In this document: positions 43,901 through 54,400 of the stretch, piece after piece | Numbering within the stretch: position 1 is the stretch's first letter | How the letters are laid out: each line of letters begins with the position of its first letter | Origin: Podarcis muralis | Taxonomy: Eukaryota | Reading direction: 5' to 3' | NCBI RefSeq assembly: GCF_964188315.1 | Contig: NC_135660.1 | Coordinates: 35,836,001 to 35,900,000 of the forward strand | DNA length: 64,000 bases | Notes under the pieces: generated by a model | The model's input: the letters and a program-made list of their open reading frames with translations, nothing else | Told to the model about the DNA's origin: nothing | Database searches by the model: none | Made by a program: the position numbers and the translations under genes

Positions 43901-44359
43901 CACTTCCCTCCCGGTCCTAAACACCAGAATCAGCTCCAGGCAAAGGGGCGATTCTAGCTCTGACACCGCGTCTTGCTCTGACACCCATCGCGTTCACTTT
44001 ATGTTTGCACCCAAACAGTGAATTTGAGGGACATGAGGCTTCCTTCTCTTACCGCAAGATAATTCGCGGCCAATAATAACATGCCTAATGGAACTTCACA
44101 AAGGAAACAGCCATGTTAATCCATTACAGCAAATTAAACAACCACACACAGACACACAGGTTTATAATACATGCCAGCTAAGTGCATGGCAGTTAAAGAG
44201 TGCAGGAGAGGATACCTCTTTTTCCCAGAACGCTTACGATCTTGAAAGTTCAATATAGGAGATCGACAGAAGGAGGAGAGGGAAGTGGAAGCAGGGAAGC
44301 AACAGCAGTTGTTTCAGTTGCATTTGCTTCAGTTACCGGCTGAATTTGAGTAGGGCAGG

Positions 44360-44727
44360 CAGGGCCGGATTTAGGTTTGATGAGCCCTAAGCTACTGAAG
44401 GTAACATATACTGAAGGTAACATATACTGAAGGTATATATCCAGCTGTCCTTTGTCAACAACAAATTGTCACTGTTTTTTGTGTTGAATATATGCTATAT
44501 GGTAATTTATGGACCTAATAGGTATCTAAAGCCATTTGCACATAACAAATAGGAGCCTACACAACACAAAACACTGTTGCTGTAGGTAGGTTTTATTTTA
44601 TTTGTTTTTTATTTTATATTTTGGAAATGTACATCCAGGGGTTTTTTTCTTTAATTTTTTTGGGGGGCCCCAAGAGAGTGGGGCCCTAAGCTATAGCTTG
44701 TTTACCTTATACATAAACCCAGCAGGT
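44360..44727. mobile_element. Non-autonomous DNA transposon (probable hAT) in D2HGDH intron 1
   Basis: CAGGGCCGGATTTA left end, decayed right end; near-TSD TAGGGCAG/AAGGGCAG; internal 16-bp unit TACTGAAGGTAACATA x2.7 at 44393-44440. Confidence 0.65.
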
Positions 44728-45026
44728 AAGGGCAGCCTCTGGCACTCCAGATATTGCTCCCCGCATCTATGACCATTGGTCATGCTTGATGCTGGGGCTG
44801 ATAAAGGTTGTATAGAAACAAGAGGGTTATGCTTTCCTTCTGTGTTGTTTCTTAAGTGCTGTGTCCTGCAGCTATCCTACCCATGAACGTGATCTTTCAC
44901 TTCCTGAAGGAGTTCTCTTTTCCCATAAAATGAGATAGCTGAAAATAAAATAAATCGAGTCTAGTGCCTTTCAGAGGAAGTTGATCAAACTGGGTGTTTA
45001 TTTTGCTTTTGCAATTCAGGTTCTTC

Positions 45027-45432
45027 ATGGCTGTTGTTTGCAGCCTTGTCCGGCATTTCCCGTTCAGACACCGCTGGTCCTTACCAAGGTTGCAGATCAG
45101 ATGCCAGAGAAAAGCCTTGAATGTGTGGACATGTGGGTCCTCCCGGTCCAAACTTAAGAAAGAAGGAACAGGGCCATTGAAGAGAGAAGTGCTCATCACG
45201 CCTTCCATCCGATGGACCATCAGTCACTTGCCCAAGAGATGTCTGCATGCTACCCAGCTTCACCTCCAGGAAGTGATGCTCACCAGTGAGCGATATGGGG
45301 TGCAGAGGCTTCCTTTTGCCCATGTTTCCAGTACTGATGTGTCTTTCTTTGAAAACCTTATGCCTGGCAGAGTCATCACAGATTTAGATGAACTGAAACT
45401 CTTCAACGTGGACTGGCTGAAGTCTGTAAGAG
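45027..45432 (+). CDS. D2HGDH: D2HGDH first coding exon (exon starts 45020)
   Basis: Arg-rich presequence then [13 protein letters not shown]...[10 protein letters not shown]; donor G|GTACGT. Confidence 0.92.
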
Positions 45433-48400
45433 GTACGTTATTTTGGCAAACTGCTTTAAGTATTTTCTACACCAGCCCAATTGGGTTGGACTACAAATTT
45501 CATGGCTCTGCTATCTGGGGCTGATGGGAGTTGTAGCCAAAACACCTGGTGAGCATCAGGTTGGGGAAAGCTGGGCTGTACTTACTGGAAGCCGTTCTCC
45601 AGAGTTTGAGGCAGGAGTGTTTCTCAGCATCACCTGGGGACTGAACCCTGGACCACATGCTCTGCCACCGAGCTCCAGCCCTTCCCCTTAAGGCTATAAA
45701 TCTGCAATGTACGTTTACTACATGCACATGAAGTTTTAGCCATATTAACCAGTACAGGTGTTTTTTTATTTGGGTGGTGGTGGTAGGGGAAAGCGTATTG
45801 TGGGCGAGCTTATATTCAAGTTTCAAATGAATGTTCTCACATCTTGTTTACATTACAGGCTGCAGTAAAATACTGTTGAAGCCACGGACAACAGCAGAAG
45901 TATCTGAGATTCTCAGGTAACATAAAAATTGTGTTTCCGTGAACTCAATAAACAGCGTTAGAGATGTCTGTATTTAGCAGACTGCCTTACTTCTGTCTTG
46001 CTCGCCCATGTTTTAAGATATGTACAGTGGTACCTCTGGTTGCGAACGGGATCCATTCCAGAGGCCCATTTGCAACATGAATAGAACGTAACCCGCAGCG
46101 GCGCGTCTGCACATGCACAGGTTGCAATTTGCCGCTTCTGCACATGCGCGTCACATCATTTTGCGCGTATGCGCGAGCAGCGAAACCCGGAAGTAACCCT
46201 TTCCGGTACTTCCGGGTTGCCGCGGGACACAACCTGAAAAAATGTATCAGGAAGCAAACGTAACATGAGGTATAACTGTATATTATCTTGTTTTTCATCA
46301 CTATGAGTCATATTCAGGAATCATATGATGGTATCTCAGAGTCCTTTCTTATGTGTCTCTCTCTGTATCCACTCTGATAGGCAGAGGTACATGAACACAC
46401 AGTACAAGCGTTAGGTCAGTACTCTTTAAAGAGAAGTCTGTACAGTGGTACCTCGGGATGCGAACGGGATCCATTCCGGAACCCCTTTCGCATCCCGAAC
46501 AGAACGCAAGACGTGACGGTGGGTCTGTGCGTGCGCGGGTCGGGTTTTGCAGCTTCCGCGCATGCGCACGACGTCATTTTGAGTGTCTGTGCATGCGCGA
46601 GCGGCGAAACCCGGAAGTAACACGCTCCGTTACTTCCGGGTTGCCGCGGAGCGCAACTTGAATGCGCTCAACCCGAAGCACATTTAACTCGAGGTATGAC
46701 TGTACTCACCTTCTTTCCTTCCTTTTCTCTCTGTGAGCAGCAGCTGAATCATACAGAGCAGTGATGGCCAAACTTGGCCCTCCAGCTGTTTTGGGACTAC
46801 AATTCCCATCATCCCTGACCACTGGTACTGTTAGCCAGGGATGATGGGAGTTGTAGTCCCAAAACTGCTGGAGAGCCAAGTTTGGCCATCACTGATATAG
46901 AGAGTCCATCACATTCGAAGGTGGTCTGTTCTCCTGTCTGGCAGCTTTTACTATTAGGAAGTTTATTCAGCTGTTAGTGGGAATCTGCTTCCCTACAGTT
47001 TCCTCCCATCCCATTAGTCTTGTCGTCTAGAGTAACAAAGAGCAAATCTTAGCCTTTAGTGTGTTAGCTAAACTGGAAAAAAAATGCCTCCATAAATATG
47101 GTATTCTGTTTTTGTTTTTATTACTAAATAAGTTAATTGATGATAGATGAGATGATTTCAAATAGAATATGGTTCCTAACGTGTATGTACTGTGAATCTA
47201 AAAACTATAGGAGTTTTTTCTTAGTCTCTTTTCCTATGCACTTTTCTCCCTCTCCACTTGTTTTTCCCCTCCTTGCCATCTGTATGGTGCTTAAGTGAAA
47301 ACTCCATGAAATTAAACTAAGGGTGAGCTAGTTGCCCACCCCTGAGTTAAAGGGATGCATAGCATCTCAGGGCTCATTCACACAAGCAGGTAGATAGGTG
47401 TACAATCATGTGGCAAAAAGCGTGAACTGAGAGCACATGCAAGACAGCTTGCATCCATTTCCAAGATCCTTGCCAGACTCCACCCCCACCCAATCACTAC
47501 TACCGCCACAACTGCAAGCACATCACACCGGCTATCTTTGTGTGTACCACTTAATTTACACTTGCGTGCCACCTTCATATTCTTTAGGATTTTGGATCTG
47601 AACCCACTATTTGAAGTCTTACTGCAGTAATGGGATTAGTGTGCATTTTAAAACTATTGAGTAGTAGCAGCCAAGTTTACTCTTGAGTCAGTCTAGAACT
47701 TTGATCTTAAAAAAATACTTTTTCGTTTCACTAGGATCGCCTTTTCAAAGGCATTATAATATGCCCTTAGGAACAAGACCCCATGGGCAAAATGTGTTCC
47801 CTTTCAGGTACTGCCATGAGAGGAACTTGGCTGTGAACCCTCAGGGGGGTAACACTGGCCTCGTTGGGGGCAGCGTCCCTGTCTTTGATGAGATCATTCT
47901 CTCCACAGCTCTTATGAACCAGATCATCAGCTTTGACGACGTTTCTGGTAAATATATCTTCCCAGGGCAGGGGAAATGGCTACACTATCATCCTCTAAAG
48001 ATTGCCATTCTCCTAAATTAGGGAGTAGGGAGTGTGGCCCTCCAGATGTTGCTGGACTGCAACTCCAACCATCCCTGGCCATTGGCTCTCCAAAAACATA
48101 TGGAGGGCAAACAGGTTCCTCAACCCTGTCTTAAGAGTTTCCATCAGGGCGGACAAAATGGGAGGTTCTTGAACCTTGAACGGCAGAGCTGATTCCTCCC
48201 TCTGCTAATAGCAATGGGATGTAAGCTCAAATAAAGGAGAGGCGGAGGTGGTTTTCTATTCAGAAGTGTTGGGAGGTCATTGCCTAGTAGCACAAGCCAG
48301 AAATAACATCTGGACAGCAAAAAGTGTAATTCTGGTTGTGTTGCTGGCATTAAATGAAAGAACTGGACAATGGTGCCCGTAAACAAACAAGAAAACCCAC

Positions 48401-51400
48401 CTCACAGATCCTTGATGCTGAGGCTGTTTGGGGGGTGAAGAATGTTGCTTCGTTGCAAAGGCTCTGACAGACAGTAGATCTCATTGGGTTCAAATTACCC
48501 CAACGAAAAAGGAAGTTTGCATCCGTTTCTCAGACTGTAACTGGATACTGATTTTTCAGGAATCCTTGTTTGCCAGGCTGGCTGCATTTTAGAAAACCTC
48601 AACCAATACCTGGAGCAGTTGGATTTCATCATGCCGCTTGACCTCGGAGCAAAGGGCAGTTGCCACATTGGAGGGAACGTGGCTACAAATGCCGGTGGCT
48701 TGCGTCTCCTGCGCTACGGCTCTCTGCGAGGGACAGTCCTAGGACTAGAAGTGGTAAGATGAAACTTTGAAAGCTGCTTCCCGTATTTTATCATCTTCTT
48801 GTCCTTGACCATCGGAGGGATGAACTAGAGGCCCACAAAGCCCTAGCTGGTGGCCCATCAGCCCCCTTGACCTGATACGCTACAGACATGGGTGGGAAGT
48901 CCAGGACATCAGCAGATGTTCCTCCTCATCATGCCGCTGAGCTGGGTGGGGAGGTTTCAACCTCTGCCTACTGAACACCACCATTGGGATACAGGTTATT
49001 TCCTCCTCCTCACTCACCAGGTGATTGTTCGCATGAGCAGTTGCGAAGGGAGAAATTGTATCTGTGTCCTGTGCATGAACCTGCCTGCCTGCCTGCATAT
49101 CTTCCCCAATGTGGATATCATGTGTGTATCCACACACTGGTGTGTATGTTTACACATGCTGTGGTGTGTGTATGCTAGCTGTGGGTGGCTGCCCACTTCA
49201 TAGCCCCACTGGGACATGGTCCCCTGGAGATGTGGGAAGGTGGTGACTTGGTCCTTGGACCCCAAAATGTTAGCCAGCCCCATCATTCAGCCTGGACACT
49301 GAGGTTCAGTCCAAAGGCCTTCTGGCGGTTCCCTCACTGTGAGAAGTGAGGTTACAGAGAACCAAGCAGAGGGCCTTCTCGGTAGTGGCGCCCGTCCTGT
49401 GGAACGCCATCCCATCAGATGAACAACTATCTGACTTTTAGAAGACATCTGAAGGCAGCCCTGTTTAGATAAGTTTTTAATGTTTGATGTTTTATCGTGT
49501 TTTTAATATTTTGTTGGGAGCTGCCCAGAGTGCCTGGAGAAACCCAGCCAGATGGGTGGGGTATAAATTATTTGTTTGTTTGTTTGTTTGTTTGTTTGTT
49601 TGTTTGTTTGTTTCACTCCCACTTCAGATGCGCATACTGTTAATTGCTGAATTGTAATCTCTTCATTCCATTTCAGATCCAACTCTGCTACTGTATTGTC
49701 TTTTTAAAAAGTTCCCTCCTGAAATATTCTGTGTGATGGCAGCTAATTAATTAATTTAAAATGTTATGTTTAATCTTATTGTAGCCTTTTTAAAAAACAA
49801 AACACACACCCTCTCAAATATATCAAGGAATTATCTAAGGATGTCCTCTTCCAGGTTCTGGCTGATGGCTCTTTGTTGAACTGCTTGGCATCTTTGCGGA
49901 AGGACAATACTGGCTATGACTTGAAGCAGTTGTTCATTGGGTCTGAGGGGACCTTGGGCGTCATTACAGCAGTTTCCATTCTCTGCCCACGAAAACCCAA
50001 GGCTGTGAATTTGGCATTTCTTGGTAAGAGCCATTCTCCGCTCTATTTTCAGAAGTGTTATTTGTAACTACTAGTGGTATTTGGGACATGGGTGGCGCTG
50101 TGCTCTAAACCACAGAGCCTAGGGCTTGCCGATCAGAAGGTCGGCGGTTTGAATCCCCGCGACAGGGTGAGCTCCCATGGCTTGGTCCCTGCTCCTGTCA
50201 ACCTAGCAGTTCAAAAGCACGTCAAAGTGCAAGTAGATACAGTGGTGCCCCGCAAGACGAATGCCTCGCAAGACGGAAAACCCGCTAGACGAAAGGGTTT
50301 TCCGTTTTGGAGGTGCTTCGCAAAACGAATTTCCCTATGGGCTTGCTTCGCAAGACGAAAATGTCTTGCGAGTCTTGCCATTTCCCCCCCGCTTCCCCCC
50401 CCTTTTTCTAAGCCGCTAAGCCGCTAATAACCTTTTAGCAGCTTAGCCGCTAATCCTTTAATAGCCGCTAAACCGCTAATAGCGGTAATCCGCTTAGCCG
50501 CTAATGGGGTTGCTTCGCAAGACGAAAAAACCGCTAGACGAAGAGAATCACGGAACGGATTCTTTTCGTCTTGCGAGGCACCACTGTAAATAGGTACCGC
50601 TCCAGCGGGAAGGTAAACAGTATTTCCGTGTGTTGCTCTGGTTCACCAGAAGCGGCTTAGTCATGCTGGCCACATGACCCGGAAGCTGTACGCTGGCTCC
50701 CTCGGCCAATAAAGCGAGATGAGCGCCGCAACCCCAGAGTCGTTCGCGACTGGACTTAACGGTCAGGGGTCCCTTTACCTAGTGGCATTTTAGCAAGACT
50801 AGACTTGGACACAACTCCGCTTATGGTGAAACTGTTATAGCCCTCAAAGACAAATTGGTTATATTTATATTTTGTTTCCACTGAATATGATGACTGGCAT
50901 ATTAGGAAAGGTTTGGGATAAGAACAGAGAAAGCAATTGGCACAATCAGCAGTGTAAGAGCAGAAAATGCAGTTAACGTAACCAGCAGATCACTTTTCAC
51001 TTATGTCTGGAATAGTTCAGGGCTGAGCCTAAAATCAGGGTGTGTGATGGCCCTACAGGCAGCAGGGTGAATTGCCTGCCTGGCCCAAAGGTTGCAGATA
51101 TTGCCTGCCGCCCAGATAGCATGGTGGACAATGCTGGGGAGGAGTCAGTGGTCGTGGGACGTGTTGGCAACAACATGGGGAAATGTAATCATGAGGTCCT
51201 GGAAGCAAAATTTAGGCGGCTAGGTAGGATGCCTGATTCAGCAGGCTCGCCATACTTTCTTAATAAATTCACTGTGCCAAGGAACTGTAAATAAGTTATA
51301 GCCGAATCCTAACCTGGTCTACTCAGAAGTTATTCCTATTACATTCAATGGGTCTTATTCAAGTAAGTGGGGTTAGGATTGCAGCCTTAAGCTATTTTAT

Positions 51401-54400
51401 GGGTGTCATTCCTAAAGCTGCTGTTAATGTTGTTTTGCAGCATGGAAGCCTCCAGCCTGAAGAATGTGTGCAGTGGTGGTGGGGGAAGAGTTCTGTGTTT
51501 AGCAAATAAGTTGTCCTTTTCATCTTTTACAGTTTCACACATATGTGGCTCCTTTCTAGAAGGCTTATTGATGTGAATAGGTGTGATGTCATGTTTCCTC
51601 CTAGTAGTTTTTTGTTTTTTCATTGTTTTATGTTTTCCTTTGTGTAAAGGTTGTCCAAGTTTCTCTCAGGTCCTGAAAACTTTCACTCTCTGCAAGGGCA
51701 TGCTGGGAGAAATCCTGTCTGCCTATGAGTTCATGGACAACGAGTGCATGAAGCTGGTTGAGCAACACCTCAAATTAACCAACCCAGTTTCAGGTACCAG
51801 CTAGCCATATGCAAAATTCACTGGAGTTATTCCTTCACTGATTCTGTTGGGGAGGGTGGGGGAATAGACTCAAATGGTTGAATTGAAATGTACAGGTTCC
51901 CTAGGTGCTTTCTGTGCTTGCTGCTACTCAGTTGTCCGCTGTAATCTTGGATGCATTCATTGCTCACATTCACGCTACATCATGGATTTTGTAGTCTTAG
52001 AATAGAATAGAATAGAATTTATTATTTATACCCCGCCCATCTGTTTGGGTTTCCCAGCCACTCTGGGTGGCTTCCAACAGAGTATTAAAAGACAGCGGTC
52101 TGTTAAACATTAAAAGCTTCCCTAAAGAGGACTGCCTTCAGATGTCTTCTAAAACAGTGTTTCCCAACCTTTTTTGGGCAAAGGCACACTTGTTTCATGA
52201 AAAAAATCTCGAGGCACACCACCATTACAGCCCCGTGACGTCAGCGCGCAGCGTCACGCCGGGAGGGACGCACGAAAGTGTAAGTTTCAATTTTTCCCCC
52301 TCCCCCTTGCCTTCCTTCTTCGCCAACCGCCAAAAAGCCAAGAAAAAAGCCAAGACTTTAGGGCAGCAGGTCGACACGGAAGAAGCTCCTACCTAAGGAC
52401 AGGTGCGACGGCCGTGTCCTCTTCTGCCACACTTGGCAGCCCTGCCTCACGGTCGTGACTCCCACCCTGATTTCTCCCCGCAGGTCGAGCGGCACAGGCA
52501 GCCCAATGTGTCCAGCCCAGACACAAGCCCCGCTTCCCCACTCTAGATCCTGAATGCGACCAAGTGCTCTGGACTCCCGAGCAGGGTGGGAAAGAGGACT
52601 CGCATCTGGTAGCCTCCGGGCTCCTCGCCTGCTCGAGGGATGGCATTGCAGGCAAGCTGCCGGCCGTCGCCATCGCCGCCCCCTCATGCGAGTGGACCTG
52701 CCCGGAGTGGTGGGCCGGGGGAGGCTCGCTCTCTGTGGGGATGTGGCCCGCACGCGCGGCCCCGCTTCCTCCTGCCCAGGGCTGAGCTCCTTACCCGCGA
52801 TCTCGGTCTCGCGCACGCGGATCCCACTTATTCTGAAGCTCGCACCACTAGCCGGGGCTCTCACACCGTGCCAGGGCGAGGCGGCGCGGCCCACTGACGT
52901 CATCGCGGCTCGCCGCCGCCCTCGACTTCCCTGTTCCCTCCCCTCCCTCGGGTCGCCGTGGTTACCGAGGACTGCAAGCTGCTCGGGCGAGCGTGGGGCA
53001 TTAAGTGGGAGAAGGAAAATTAAAATTAAAACTTGCCTGAAGGCCGCCTCTCCGGATACAGTGGTGCCTCGCAAGACGAAATTAATTCGTTCCGCAAGTC
53101 TCTTCGTCTTGCGAGTTTTTCGTCTTGCGATGCACGGTTTCCCATAGGAATGCATTGAAAATCAATTAATGCGTTCCTAGGGAAACCGCCTTCAGACCAG
53201 GTCCGGGGACAGTCTGTCCCCCGACCTCTTCTGAAGGCTGGGGGGGGGGGGGACAAGGGCTTTTCTTCCCACCCCCAGCATTTTAAAAAACCCCGGGACA
53301 GCGGAGGACTTATCCGCTGTCCGGGGCAATCTTAAAATGCTGGCGGGCGGCATTTTAAAATCGCCCGGGACAGCGGAGGACTTCTCCGCTGTCCGGGGCG
53401 ATTTAAAAGCCCCTGGGAAGGCAGGCAGGGGGGACAAAGATTTTCGCCCCCGCCCGCCTTCAGAAGAGGTCCTGGACCTCTTCTGAAGGCCAGCGGGGGG
53501 CAAAAGTCTTTGCTCCCCCCTGCCTGCCTTCCCGGGAGAGCGGAGAAAGGCAGCGCCTTTCTCCGCTGTCCCGGATGGCTTTTGAAGGCAGGCAGGGGGG
53601 AGCAAGGACTTTCGCCCCCCGCCCGCCTTCAGAAGAGGTCCTTGACCTCTTCTGAAGGCGGGCGGGGGCGAAAGCCTTTGCTCCCCCCTGCCTGCCTTCC
53701 CGGGAGAGCAGAGAAAGGCAGCGCGTTTCTCCGCTGTCCCGGACGGCTTTTGAAGGCAGGCTTTTGAAAGCCGTCCGGGACAGCGGAGAAACGCAGCGCG
53801 CCCTTGCCGCTGCCCCCCGACTTGGCTGGAAGGCTGGCGGGGGGAGAAGCCTGCTCCTCCCCATCGCCAGCCCCGCAAACTCGGGGGACAGCGGGAGAGG
53901 CGCAGCGCGCCCTTGCCGCTCCCCCCCGACTTGGCTGGAAGGCTGGCGGGGGGAGAAGTCTGCTCCTCCCCATCGCCAGCCCTGCAAACTCGGGGGACAG
54001 CGGGAGAGGCGCAGCGCGCCATCCCGCTGTCTCCCGACATGGTTTGGAGGCTGGCGGAGGGCTTCCTCCTCCCCCAGCCCCGCAAGCTCCCAGAGCGATG
54101 CCAAAGCTGCGCGCAGCTTCGGCATGGCTCTGGGTCCCGTTCCGGGGGAGGGGGAAGCTCGGGCTTCCCCCGCCCCAGCCCCACGCCTGGCGGTGGGGGA
54201 ATAATTTTTTTCCCCCTTTATTCCCCCCCCCCCGCCAATTTTTCCCGCGGCACACCAGGCAACGTCTCGCGGCACACTAGTGTGCCGCGGAACACCGGTT
54301 GGGAAACACTGTTCTAAAAGTCTGGTAGTTGTTCTTCTCTTTGACATCTGGTGGGAGGGCGTTCCACAGGGCGGGTGCCACTACCAAGAAGGCCCTCTGC

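Larger units (their letters stand above)
52155..54311. mobile_element. Composite non-autonomous hAT element, 2157 bp
   Basis: Perfect 15-bp TIR CAGTGTTTCCCAACC; perfect 8-bp TSD TTCTAAAA; subterminal GGCACAC motifs at both ends. Confidence 0.95.

Noticed and set aside
52390-52445. [18 protein letters not shown], faintly like a BED/CGGBP-type zinc-finger start
   Set aside because: Lacks the second Cys and the His pair, and the frame is bounded by stops; an HMM search of six-frame translations would be needed to revive it
52358-53155. 265-aa minus and 197-aa plus ORFs in the hAT cargo
   Set aside because: High GC explains the scarcity of stops; no recognisable domain; the 265-aa frame begins inside a MITE end
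53777-54020. Regularly spaced repeats reminiscent of a CRISPR array
   Set aside because: Whole units are repeated with no unique spacers; eukaryotic context; no cas genes
53192-54347. Long ORFs of 134-330 aa on both strands
   Set aside because: They lie in GC-rich palindromic/tandem transposon interior; translations are repetitive, open in several frames at once, and show no transposase or other domain motifs
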